Assembly (NCBI GenBank): GCA_947085115.1
Contig: CAMTVF010000009.1
Span: 51,787 to 115,786, forward strand
DNA from: an uncultured Opitutaceae bacterium
Lineage (GTDB): Bacteria; Verrucomicrobiota; Verrucomicrobiia; Opitutales; Opitutaceae
Direction of reading: 5' to 3'
Length of the DNA: 64,000 nucleotides
Part shown: in pieces, positions 1 through 9,249 of the stretch
Layout: each line of letters begins with the position of its first letter
Numbering within the stretch: the first letter of the stretch is position 1
The notes under the pieces: generated by a model
What the model saw: the letters and a program-made list of their open reading frames with translations, nothing else
What the model was told of the DNA's origin: nothing
The model's database searches: none
Made by a program: the position numbers and the translations under genes

Positions 1-73
1 AAATGAAAACGGCGATTAATCTAAGCGACCCAACAAAAAGCAAGCCAAACCCTCACTGTAAATCACGCTCACA

Positions 74-2017
74 TTGAAGACCAAATCCGCATCCAACTGG
101 TCGGCCACCCAATCCGAAGACATTTACGGTTTTAAGCGCTGGGGCTCCAACCACTTTTCGGTCGATTCTGACGGATTTGTGCAGGTCCAGCCCCTCGCGG
201 ACGGTCGCAGCATCCGCGTCATGGATGTCGTCGATGAATCAGTCAGCATGGGCCTGAAGGCCCCCCTCGTCATCCGGTTCCAGGACAAACTCCGGCACCG
301 GGTCATGCAGCTGAACGAGGCCTTTGCCAAAGCGATCAAGGAAGAGGGCTACAAAGGCGCCTATCGGGGCGTTTTCCCCATCAAGGTCAACCAGCTGAGG
401 GAAGTCGTCGATGAGGTGGTCGCCGCCGGCAAAGATTACAACTACGGCCTCGAAGCCGGCTCCAAGCCCGAGCTGATGATCGCCCTCGCCATGCACGAAG
501 GCACCCAGCGCCTCATCATCTGCAACGGCTACAAGGACGACGATTACATGCGCCTCGCCCTGCTCGGACGCAAACTGGGCAAGAAGATCATCATCGTCAT
601 CGAGCAACTCTCTGAAATCGATAGCGTTATCCGTATCTCGAAAGAGACCGGCGTGAAGCCCTTGATCGGCTTCCGCGTCAAACTCCAGACTCGCGGCGAG
701 GGCAAATGGTCCTCCTCCACCGGCGACAACGCCAAATTCGGTCTCAACACCGCCGAAATCCTCTTTGCGGTCGAAAAACTCCGCGCCGCCAAGATGCAGG
801 CCTGTCTGCGCCTGGTTCATTTCCACATCGGCTCCCAGGTGCCGAATATCATCACGATCAAGGCCGCCGTCACCGAGGCCGCCCGCTTTTACTGCCAGCT
901 CGCCAAGATGGGTTTCCCCATGGGTTACCTCGACGTCGGCGGTGGTCTCGGCGTCGACTACGACGGCTCCCGCACCAACTTCGAGTCGTCGATGAACTAC
1001 ACGCTCGGCGAATACGCCCGCGACGTCGTTTCCAACATCCGCGAAATCTGCGCCGCCGCCGCCGTGGCCATGCCTGACATCGTAAGCGAGTCCGGCCGCG
1101 CCGTTGCCGCCCCCCACTCCATGCTCGTCGTCGAAGTCTTCGAACGCATCAACAAGCGCGAATCCCTCGGCAAACAGCACCAGCCGAAGTCCAAGCACCA
1201 GATCGTCACCGATCTCGAAGTGCTCCTGCGGAACAAGGCCAAGCTCGGCCGCCTCGAACGCTATCACGACGCGTTGCAAAAGAAGGAGGAAGCCTTCTCG
1301 CTCTTCAACCTCGGTTACCTCGACCTCGAAAATCGCGCCGCCGCCGAACAGCTCTTCTGGCAAATTTGCGAGCAGATCGACAAGGAGGGCAACAAGTCCG
1401 GCTACCAACCCGAGGAACTCCACGACCTCAAGCGCCTCCTCGCCGACCAATACGTCTGCAATTTCTCCGTCTTCCAGTCCCTCCTCGACTCGTGGGCCCT
1501 CAAGCAGCTCTTCCCGGTCAGCCCGCTGCACCGCCTCAAGGAGAAGCCCACGGTCAATGCCATCCTCGTCGACATCACCTGCGACTCCGACGGCAAGATA
1601 AGCAGCTTCATCGACCTGCAGGACCAGAAAGACTACCTCACCCTTCACCCGTTGAAGAAAGGCCAGTCCTACTACCTCGGCATCTACCTCACCGGCGCCT
1701 ATCAGGACATCATGGGCGACCTCCACAACCTCTTCGGCCGCGTCAACGAGGTCCACGTGTTCCTTGAGGACGACGAACCCAACGGCTACTACATCGAGGA
1801 AGCCCTCGCCGGTTCCCGCGTCGCCGACGTCATCGAAGGCGTGCAATACCAGTGGGAAGAACTCTGCCGCCGCGTGAAGCAGCAAGTCGATCACGCGACG
1901 AAGAAGGATCTCGTCAAACCACGCGAAGGCGTGCGTCTGGTCGAGTTCTACGAATCGCAGATGCTCGCCAAGACCTACCTCAACATCGTCCAGCACAACG
2001 GACGGAAAAAGAAGTAG
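74..2017 (+). CDS. speA: Biosynthetic arginine decarboxylase
   Basis: 647 aa; FPIKVNQ PLP-lysine motif, GLEAGSKPEL, HFHIGSQ, DVGGGLGVDYDG, ESGRA, DITCDSDG, GAYQDIMGDLHNLFG. TTG start. Confidence 0.96.
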   Translation: MKTKSASNWSATQSEDIYGFKRWGSNHFSVDSDGFVQVQPLADGRSIRVMDVVDESVSMGLKAPLVIRFQDKLRHRVMQLNEAFAKAIKEEGYKGAYRGVFPIKVNQLREVVDEVVAAGKDYNYGLEAGSKPELMIALAMHEGTQRLIICNGYKDDDYMRLALLGRKLGKKIIIVIEQLSEIDSVIRISKETGVKPLIGFRVKLQTRGEGKWSSSTGDNAKFGLNTAEILFAVEKLRAAKMQACLRLVHFHIGSQVPNIITIKAAVTEAARFYCQLAKMGFPMGYLDVGGGLGVDYDGSRTNFESSMNYTLGEYARDVVSNIREICAAAAVAMPDIVSESGRAVAAPHSMLVVEVFERINKRESLGKQHQPKSKHQIVTDLEVLLRNKAKLGRLERYHDALQKKEEAFSLFNLGYLDLENRAAAEQLFWQICEQIDKEGNKSGYQPEELHDLKRLLADQYVCNFSVFQSLLDSWALKQLFPVSPLHRLKEKPTVNAILVDITCDSDGKISSFIDLQDQKDYLTLHPLKKGQSYYLGIYLTGAYQDIMGDLHNLFGRVNEVHVFLEDDEPNGYYIEEALAGSRVADVIEGVQYQWEELCRRVKQQVDHATKKDLVKPREGVRLVEFYESQMLAKTYLNIVQHNGRKKK

Positions 2018-2145
2018 GCCAGACCTGCGCCCCAGTCGGAGAAAAATTTCCGCATCCCGCGCCCACCGCGGGACTTGCCCCGGCACGTCTCCCTGAAAAG
2101 GCAACTGCCGCTTGCGCCCGGACCTCATTAGCCCGCCTTCGCCCA

Positions 2146-2276
2146 CTGGCCGGAGTAAAGAACCCAGGTCATTGATTCATCGCTAGGCTTCCCAAACGTC
2201 GCCTAAACCGGCAGGAGGCGGACCGCCTCCCGTCCGCTCAATCCAGAGGGGGGAAGGAGCTTCGCCCCTTCCCCTC
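2146..2276. ncRNA. Candidate structured non-coding RNA between convergent speA and secretin genes
   Basis: Stacked stems: CTGGCCGG(2146-2153)/CCGGCAG(2208-2214), TAGGC/GCCTA, GGAGGCG-gac-CGCCTCC, and a closing GGGGAAGG/CCTTCCCC hairpin. No known family recognised. Confidence 0.3.
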
Positions 2277-2408
2277 CACCCCCTCCCAAAGATCTTCTTT
2301 ACCTCACCAAACCATCAATCCCTGCACGCTCTTTTGCAGAACTTGACGGACACAACTTTTTTTTCGCGTCGTTCTGAGCGCAACGAGCCAGTATGATCAA
2401 TCGACACT

Positions 2409-5015
2409 CTATCGCCCGTTCGGTGTCCGTCCCGCTGCTCCCGCCGGGGTAACAATGGTGGGATTCTGGAACACGGTGCCCGCAGGCAGGCCCTGCACGC
2501 CCTGTCGCTTCAAGGAACCACCGGGACTGACGAGATTGGCCGTCACAAAGATCAGGAGATTCCGCTTCTGGGCACTTTCTCCGCTGCTGCGGAAGAGACG
2601 TCCCAGCACGGGCAGATTGCCGATGACGGGGACCTTGTCGTTCGTCTTGCGCGTGTCTTCGCGCGTGAGTCCGCCCATCACGATCGTCGCACCGTCCCAG
2701 ATTGTGACTTTGGTGGAAACTTCGCGCACTGCAAAGATCGGTTGATAAAACCCCGACGGCACCGTGACGGTTGTGCTGCCCGAGACCGCGATGCTTTGGC
2801 CACCGTATTCGACGAACCCTTCGAATTCCGTGACCTTCGGATTGAGGTCGAGGCTGACGCTGTAGTCGTCCTCTTCCACGGTCGGCGTCACGCGAAGCTC
2901 AACGCCGATGTTGCGCGTGGCAAAATCCTGCGGCGTGCCCGCTGTGATCGTCACGCCCGCAGATCCGCCGCCGCTGGCACTGCCGGTGCCGACCTGGCTT
3001 TGCACCTGGCCGTAGGACTGCGGATACCGCAGCTCCTGCGCCACGGTGATCGTGGCCGCATTACCGGAAAGCACCGTCAGCTTCGGCGCGCTCAACAATT
3101 CCGTGCCGCTGCGCTGGGAAAGGGCGCGGATTACCGCGCTGACATTGAACTCTCCCAAGATGCCTGTGACTGCGGCCAGCGGGGTGGCACCGAGACCCAG
3201 GTTGTTTGTCCCCGGGATCGGCGGAGGATTGTTGATGATCGGAATATTGATCCCGTCCTGCGGGGTGGTGGTCATCGTCTCCGCCACCGCCGGGCGGATG
3301 ATCGCACCGGGAGTGCCGCTGACGTTATTGCTGAACGCGCCCGCGAGTGAGCGGGTGCCGGTGGTGTAGTTCGTGACGCTGGCACCCGAGTGCTGCGTGG
3401 CCTTCTTGCCGATGTTCCAATTGATCCCGAGTTCTTCGAGCGCTCCGTCCTGCACTTCCATAAATTTCGCCTCGATCTCGACCTGTCGCACTTCGCTGTA
3501 GCGCGCCAAGATATTGCGCAGTCTTTCAAGATTGCGGCCCGTCTGCGTCACGATGAGTTGCGAGCCGTCGAAGGCCAACGTGCTCCCTTCGACGCCGTCG
3601 AAGCTGACACCCGCCAGTTGGAGAAACTTCCGGATCGCCTGACCTTCGCCTTCGATGTTTGGCGTCGCCGCGCCCCCCGTCAGCGGATCAAGCGCACTGG
3701 ATTGCGCCTGTGCGCCGCGGCCGGTCATGCGCAACACGGTGGACCGCGAGACGGGGAAAAATTGCGTGTCGCGCGCGGACGTCTCGCCGCCCGGCCGCAC
3801 CACGATGGCGTCGGCCTGAACTTCGTATTGGTAACCGACCGAGTCGGTGATGAAGTCGAGCATGCGTTTCAACGACAGATTACGCAGGGTGATGCTCACG
3901 AGCGGATTCGCCTTGCTGGAATCCACCAGCACAATGTTCACGCCCCTGGGGGTGGTGCCGGACTGATCGAATTCCTCGGAGATCACGCTCAGCGTGTTCA
4001 CCACGCGCGCCAGTTCCATCCCGCTAAAACTCACACTGGGCAGGATGATCTTGTTCAACTTGTCCATGAGCGGTGAGGGGCCGGTCTCGGCGGTCGGTCC
4101 CACCGGCGGTTCCTTGTAGACACCGGGGCGCTGCCAAGCGCGTTCGACTTCGTTGAGGAGTTGCGCGGCCGTTTGAGTGCGAGCGGTGTTTCGGTCGATG
4201 CTGCCCCGGGCAATCCGCTTCAAATAGGCGTTCGCGTCCACGTTCAGCGGATCGTGCTCCAGCACCCGCGCAAAGGTCTGCGCTGCCGCCGTGGGATCGC
4301 CGGCCAGATACTGTGAGCGCCCGCGAGAAACAAGAGCCTCAATTTCCTGACGGCCCGGCGCCGCGGACGCGCTAACGGAAAACGACAGCCCCATGGGCGG
4401 TCGCTCGGAGGGCATTGGGGTAATGGCGACGGACTCGTGCGCACGGCGCGCCGTCGCGGAGGCCGACGTCGCCAGATGTTCGTCCCGGGATGTTGCAATT
4501 TCCGCCAACGCTACGGCCATTTCGGTCGCCGCATCCTGCGTGAGCGCATTGTCTGGAAACGTGCCTCGCACGCGTTCGAGCCGATCGAGCGCCGCGGAAA
4601 ATTGCTGTTCGGCCGCCAATCGCCTTGCCTCTCTCACCGCCGCCCGCGCTGTTTCGAGTAAATGGTTCAACCGCGCTTCCTCCTGCCGGGCTAGTTCGTC
4701 AGCTTCGCGTGCGCCCGGCGGGGTCACCACTCCGCCACTCACGATCACCTTCTTGGTGACCGGCTGTCCCAGATTGGCCAGGAGCCGGGTTACCGTCGCG
4801 TCGCCCGGTGCAACCCTGAGCAACTCTTCAAGCCTTGCGCGTGCTTCGCCGAGGTTGCCGGTATCGCGCGCACGCAGGGCATCGGACAGGAGACGAATCT
4901 TCGTTTCTGCTGTGTCTTCCTTGGGACCACCAACGGCAGCAATAAGCGACAGCCCTGCAACCGGCGTGGCAAATAGGGCGACAAGGAGGAGGTAACGAAG
5001 GTATCGATGGCGCAT
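2409..5015 (-). CDS. Secretin (PilQ/GspD-like, Amuc_1098 type) with N-terminal TPR-like region
   Basis: Signal peptide; TPR-like helices; QVEIEAKFMEV; LLSAPKLTVLSG; C-terminal DGATIVMGGL...DKVPVIGNLPVLGRLFRS...KRNLLIFVTANLV secretin signature. Confidence 0.92.
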   Translation of the reverse strand: MRHRYLRYLLLVALFATPVAGLSLIAAVGGPKEDTAETKIRLLSDALRARDTGNLGEARARLEELLRVAPGDATVTRLLANLGQPVTKKVIVSGGVVTPPGAREADELARQEEARLNHLLETARAAVREARRLAAEQQFSAALDRLERVRGTFPDNALTQDAATEMAVALAEIATSRDEHLATSASATARRAHESVAITPMPSERPPMGLSFSVSASAAPGRQEIEALVSRGRSQYLAGDPTAAAQTFARVLEHDPLNVDANAYLKRIARGSIDRNTARTQTAAQLLNEVERAWQRPGVYKEPPVGPTAETGPSPLMDKLNKIILPSVSFSGMELARVVNTLSVISEEFDQSGTTPRGVNIVLVDSSKANPLVSITLRNLSLKRMLDFITDSVGYQYEVQADAIVVRPGGETSARDTQFFPVSRSTVLRMTGRGAQAQSSALDPLTGGAATPNIEGEGQAIRKFLQLAGVSFDGVEGSTLAFDGSQLIVTQTGRNLERLRNILARYSEVRQVEIEAKFMEVQDGALEELGINWNIGKKATQHSGASVTNYTTGTRSLAGAFSNNVSGTPGAIIRPAVAETMTTTPQDGINIPIINNPPPIPGTNNLGLGATPLAAVTGILGEFNVSAVIRALSQRSGTELLSAPKLTVLSGNAATITVAQELRYPQSYGQVQSQVGTGSASGGGSAGVTITAGTPQDFATRNIGVELRVTPTVEEDDYSVSLDLNPKVTEFEGFVEYGGQSIAVSGSTTVTVPSGFYQPIFAVREVSTKVTIWDGATIVMGGLTREDTRKTNDKVPVIGNLPVLGRLFRSSGESAQKRNLLIFVTANLVSPGGSLKRQGVQGLPAGTVFQNPTIVTPAGAAGRTPNGR

Positions 5016-5022
5016 GAGGAAT

Positions 5023-5952
5023 TCAGGGCCGGTCTTCTTTGGCGGTGGTAGCGACGCCAGTCTCGGCGCCTTCGCGGAATAGCTTCTGGACGGGCGTCGT
5101 TTTGCGCGCCATTGCGTCGCCGCCGACGGGTCTCAACACACGCGTCTCGGGATAGGGGAGTCCGACCACTTGCTTTGCCACGACCACTTCGGGGGGATCC
5201 AACTGGATGCGCTCGATCAGATAGGTCGCCGAGTCATCTTGGAAAACATCCCCCTCGCGCACCTCGCGCAGCTTGGCTTTTGGGCCCGAGCGCAAGACCG
5301 CAAGCGGCGTGTCCGTGTATTTGCGGACGCGATTGTCGAGCCTAACGACCGCGCCCGTTGCTTCATCCTGCAACGTTGCAACTGCGGAGATATCATAAAC
5401 TGGCAGAGCCGGATCGTCGCCGACATTGACTTTGCGCACGGTGAATTCGCTGAACGTCAGGCCGAGGTCGGCAAATCGTTTGCCGGCGCGCGCCAGCAGC
5501 GTTTGCGGAACCTGCGAGCTGACGAAGGCCGCGAGGTAATCCCCTTGTCCGCCAATGTAGCCAAGCAACTGCAAGCGATAGAGCTCCCGCTTCACGTCGA
5601 GCAACTCCAGTCCAAACGCCAGTCCCCCTTCGGCGAGAGAAGACGGCGGTGTCACGGCGAAGGAGCGGGCCGACGCGTGATAGTAAATCACCGGCGGAGT
5701 AAAAACCTCATAGACCCAACCCGGGCCGTGCGACTGCGCCGGCGGTTTTGTCCAGGCCACGGGCGCACTGGCCAACGGACGGAACTTCGCCGCGACATAG
5801 TTCTCCCCGGTGAGCGCCACCGCCGCCTGCTCATTGCGCAAAGCGCGCAGGCTGGGTTGCTGCCGCCACCACCAAGAGCCGCTTGCCAGCACGCCCACCA
5901 GCGCGATGCCCAGCACCAGCCTCTCGATTTGAATTTTGGGAAGCGCGCTCAC
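5023..5952 (-). CDS. Pilus-system accessory membrane protein (Amuc_1099-like position)
   Basis: N-terminal TM helix; VFTPPVIYY motif; overlaps the upstream gene by 4 nt; lies between the PilO-like gene and the secretin. Confidence 0.6.
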   Translation of the reverse strand: MSALPKIQIERLVLGIALVGVLASGSWWWRQQPSLRALRNEQAAVALTGENYVAAKFRPLASAPVAWTKPPAQSHGPGWVYEVFTPPVIYYHASARSFAVTPPSSLAEGGLAFGLELLDVKRELYRLQLLGYIGGQGDYLAAFVSSQVPQTLLARAGKRFADLGLTFSEFTVRKVNVGDDPALPVYDISAVATLQDEATGAVVRLDNRVRKYTDTPLAVLRSGPKAKLREVREGDVFQDDSATYLIERIQLDPPEVVVAKQVVGLPYPETRVLRPVGGDAMARKTTPVQKLFREGAETGVATTAKEDRP

Positions 5953-6872
5953 GAGGAAGGCCAGGAGAAGTCGGGCAAGACTTCCACGAATTCCACCACG
6001 ACGGTAAACTTCGACAAATTCTGGACCACGAGTGGCACTGCAGCGCCGAATCCTGCCTCCGTTACTTGGCCCACCACGGCGGGGAGCGGTTCAACCTCCA
6101 CACTGCGCACCACCAACGGCAGTGCGAGAGCAGCGAGCGTATTGAGAAATGTCCGCAGGGTTTGCGTCTGGCCGGTGAACTCGAGACGGAACGCCTCACT
6201 CTCCACCAGGTCGGCGGCCCGCAGGCGCAACTGCGGGTCCGCGTCGAAGAAATCACTCGCCTGCCCACTGGGCCCCTCCACGCGGACGACCCCGGAATCA
6301 CGGGCCGCACGCTGGGCCACTCGCTTCGTTTCCGTAAGAGGATGCTCCCGTTTCACGGCAAGGAGAGCGCGCGGCCGGGCCTCGAAGAGGGATTCCACCA
6401 AGTGTTCGACAATCGTGCACTGCCGATGCACCGAAAACAGGTAATCCCCCTCGGGACCTTCGCTCGCATAGATGGCGAAGCCAAAGCGCTCGTCGGGCCG
6501 GAGCACGATCTGCTGGCGCACCGCGAGCACCCGCATCCGCTCCACAAAGGCGGCGAGACCGAAATACGCGTCGATCGGACGTTTCGGTGGTTCCCCCAGC
6601 CAACGGCCCTTCCCCTGCAATCCTGCGCGCAATATGACCAGGTTGCGTTCCGCCGTCACCACGTCCGCCTCGATGGCGGAAGCATTTTCCTCGCTGAGCG
6701 CAGGTGCCTGCTTGGCGAGCCAGTCGCGTTCTTGTTTGCGCTGCTCCAGCGTCACCGCCGCGCGGCGTTGTTGTTGCCAGAACCCCCGAAGACAATAGGC
6801 CTGCGCGGTTACGGCTCCGGCGCAAACGAACAGCGCCAGGGCAAAGACCGGATTTCGTTTGAGCCAGTTCAT
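5949..6872 (-). CDS. Amuc_1100-like / PilO-like pilus protein
   Basis: 307 aa; N-terminal TM then coiled coil; FGFAIY motif; C-terminal FRLEFTGQTQTLRTFLNTL...LVVRSVEV ferredoxin-like PilO/GspM pattern; synteny. Confidence 0.7.
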   Translation of the reverse strand: MNWLKRNPVFALALFVCAGAVTAQAYCLRGFWQQQRRAAVTLEQRKQERDWLAKQAPALSEENASAIEADVVTAERNLVILRAGLQGKGRWLGEPPKRPIDAYFGLAAFVERMRVLAVRQQIVLRPDERFGFAIYASEGPEGDYLFSVHRQCTIVEHLVESLFEARPRALLAVKREHPLTETKRVAQRAARDSGVVRVEGPSGQASDFFDADPQLRLRAADLVESEAFRLEFTGQTQTLRTFLNTLAALALPLVVRSVEVEPLPAVVGQVTEAGFGAAVPLVVQNLSKFTVVVEFVEVLPDFSWPSS

Positions 6873-6874
6873 GG

Positions 6875-8491
6875 TTACAGTGACTTGGCTGGCGCGACCA
6901 CGAGCACGAAATCAAAATGCAGAATTCCGGGTCGGCGGTTGTCGAAACGCTCGCCCTCAATCGAGGAAACATACGGCGAGTTCACCAAGCTGCCGAGCAG
7001 CGTCGTCACGCGCAGATAGGTATCGGGGCTGACGTTTGCGAGCGGGTTGGTCCTATCGAGCATCCGGCCGGAGACGGCAATGCGCAGCGGCGCCGACAAA
7101 TCGCCCGAACCCGGCGCAAGTTGCATTCGCTCCAACCAGACGTCTTCTATTTTCACGAGGCGGCCCTGCAAATCAGCCAGAAACCCCTGCCAGTTCGCTC
7201 GTCGCTCATGGATCTGTTGCAACGCTCCAATCTGGAGTTGCAGCGTGGCCAACCGTTCGAGATTGGCGCGATTGCGACTCTCTCTTTGTCGCAGGGGGGC
7301 AATCTCCGCTTCGACCGCGCGAATCTGCTGCTGCTGCTCGGCGTGCAGGGTCCGAAAGTGGAAAAGCGGGGCGAGCAGCACGGTCGCGGCAAGGCCGGCC
7401 GCAGCGGCCAACCACGGCTGGCGGCGGCGCACCGTTTCCCGCGCCCGCAAGCGGGGCGGCAGGAGATTGAGAACCGGCTGCTCCCCCTGAAGTCGCAGCG
7501 CAGCGGCACCCACCAAGCCGGCCAGCACCGAGACATGAGCAGCCACTCCAGCTTTCGCGGCGGCAGGCGCCACCTCGACGCTCTCGAGTGCATCAAAGGG
7601 CAATACCGTCACATGCAATCGAGCCGCCAGCAACTCGCCGAGTCCTACCGTTCGCGAGGTTCCCCCAGTCACCAGCAAGCGCTCGGGATTCGCGGTCACC
7701 GAGTGCCTTTTGAAGTGCAACGCCGAGCGGGTGATCTCCTGGGCCATCCGCGTCGCGAAGCTGTCAACCGCCGGCGCGCAGAGGCTGCTGTGGCGCTCTG
7801 ACAGCTTCAGCTTTTCCGCGTCGGCGAATTCACAATCCTGGCTCTCGCTGACCTGTTGGGTGATGTTTTGACCGCCCAGCGCCATCGTCCGTGCGTGAAA
7901 ACAATTCTTCTCCGCCAGCACCATGGTCGTGGAGCGCGCCCCGATATCCACGATCAGAGTCGGCACTGATATCTCGGGGTTCGCGCTTCGATAGGCTGCG
8001 TGCAGCGCGAGCGCCGCCGGTAGCAACGCGTCCGGCACCAAACCGGCCGCTTCCACGGCGGCGCACAAGCCCTCGACGGCATCGAGTTTCGCAACGCAGA
8101 GCATGACTTCGAGATCAAGTCCTGTTTGCCCGACGATCCCATGGTCCCAGACCACCTCCGTCAGCGGATACGGAATATTCTGCTGCGCTTCGAAGCGGAT
8201 CACCCTTTCGCGTTTCGTCGCGTCGACTCGCGGTGTCTTGATGAACTTCGTCAACACCAGATGCCCGGGCAATACAATCGATACCGGCCCGTTAAAATCG
8301 ACCTGCCGGCGCACCATTTGCAGCGCTTCGCCTATGCGCCCCGGCCATTCGTCTTCCCGGCCCGGCTCAAGCGCGAAAGACCCGAGTGCAAACTGTTCGA
8401 GCCGGTGCTTGTTGGCTCCGGCCTTGGCAAAGGTGCCGAGCGCAACGTGGCTGGCACCGCAATCGATAATTGCAACTCGCGAGGGTGGCAT
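6875..8491 (-). CDS. pilM: PilM-PilN fusion (Amuc_1101-like)
   Basis: Actin-like fold motifs IDCGAS, FEAQQNIPYPL, VDIGARST, VTGG; then the PilN-type LNLLP motif, a TM helix, a coiled coil and VWLERM. Confidence 0.85.
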   Translation of the reverse strand: MPPSRVAIIDCGASHVALGTFAKAGANKHRLEQFALGSFALEPGREDEWPGRIGEALQMVRRQVDFNGPVSIVLPGHLVLTKFIKTPRVDATKRERVIRFEAQQNIPYPLTEVVWDHGIVGQTGLDLEVMLCVAKLDAVEGLCAAVEAAGLVPDALLPAALALHAAYRSANPEISVPTLIVDIGARSTTMVLAEKNCFHARTMALGGQNITQQVSESQDCEFADAEKLKLSERHSSLCAPAVDSFATRMAQEITRSALHFKRHSVTANPERLLVTGGTSRTVGLGELLAARLHVTVLPFDALESVEVAPAAAKAGVAAHVSVLAGLVGAAALRLQGEQPVLNLLPPRLRARETVRRRQPWLAAAAGLAATVLLAPLFHFRTLHAEQQQQIRAVEAEIAPLRQRESRNRANLERLATLQLQIGALQQIHERRANWQGFLADLQGRLVKIEDVWLERMQLAPGSGDLSAPLRIAVSGRMLDRTNPLANVSPDTYLRVTTLLGSLVNSPYVSSIEGERFDNRRPGILHFDFVLVVAPAKSL

Positions 8492-8617
8492 GGGACTTGG
8501 GGAGTGCCAGAGCCAGGAGAACGAGCGGTGCCATGGTTCCTATGACTGATTCATCGCAGGTTGTCCCGCCGAAAAATCATTGCCCGACTTCGGCGCGCCA
8601 GCACGCTGAACGCCTCA

Positions 8618-9124
8618 ATGAGTCCCGTCCTCCCCTACAAGATCAGCGTCCTCGTCTTCCTCGAAAACCGCGCGGGCGAATTACTGCTGATGCTGCGGGC
8701 CCAGCAACCCAACCTCGGCGCTTGGTCTCCCATCGGCGGAAAATTGGAAATGGCCACGGGCGAATCCCCGTTCGAGTGCGCCGTGCGCGAAACCAAGGAG
8801 GAGGTCGGCCTGAAAGTGCGCGCCGAGGATCTTCACCTCTTCGCCATGATCGCCGAGAAAGCCTATCAGGGCCACAATCACTGGCTCATGTTCCTGTTCC
8901 GCTGCAAAGTGCCGCTCGACGGCCTGCCGGCGGATATCGACGAGGGTAAATTCGCGTTTTGGTCCCGCGAGCAAATCAACACCCTCGAAATCCCTGAGAC
9001 CGACGCGGCGGCCTTGTGGCCGATCTACGATCAGCACCGCGAGCACTTCGTTTCGCTGCGGGCAGATTGCTCGGTTTCACCGGTCCAGATTACTATCGAG
9101 CAGGTCACCCCTTCGGTGGGTTAA
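8618..9124 (+). CDS. NUDIX hydrolase (MutT-like)
   Basis: NUDIX box GGKLEMATGESPFECAVRETKEEVGL; start placed at ATG 8618. Confidence 0.9.
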   Translation: MSPVLPYKISVLVFLENRAGELLLMLRAQQPNLGAWSPIGGKLEMATGESPFECAVRETKEEVGLKVRAEDLHLFAMIAEKAYQGHNHWLMFLFRCKVPLDGLPADIDEGKFAFWSREQINTLEIPETDAAALWPIYDQHREHFVSLRADCSVSPVQITIEQVTPSVG

Positions 9125-9249
9125 CCGCAGCGCAAGCCGCTTGGCCGGGATTTAATACATTCTGCCTCCGAAGGTTTTGCTTGTCTTTCGGGGAGCTTTC
9201 CCAAGTTAGGAGCTTGGCGTCAGAAAATCACTTTGAACTCAAAACACTT

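Noticed and set aside
2100-2130. Minus-strand GAGGTCCGGGCGCAAGCGGC resembling SRP RNA domain IV
   Set aside because: Lacks the GGAA tetraloop and AGCAG internal loop, and no long enclosing stem is visible.
239-2146. Long antisense ORFs (e.g. 239-2146, 37635-39773, 45678-47390, 16493-18187, 61374-63341)
   Set aside because: Shadow frames of real GC3-rich genes on the opposite strand; no recognisable motifs.
2343-2452. TTGACG promoter-like word followed by a 19-codon ORF antisense to the secretin 3' end
   Set aside because: Too short, with no RBS or coding signal; cannot be supported from sequence alone.
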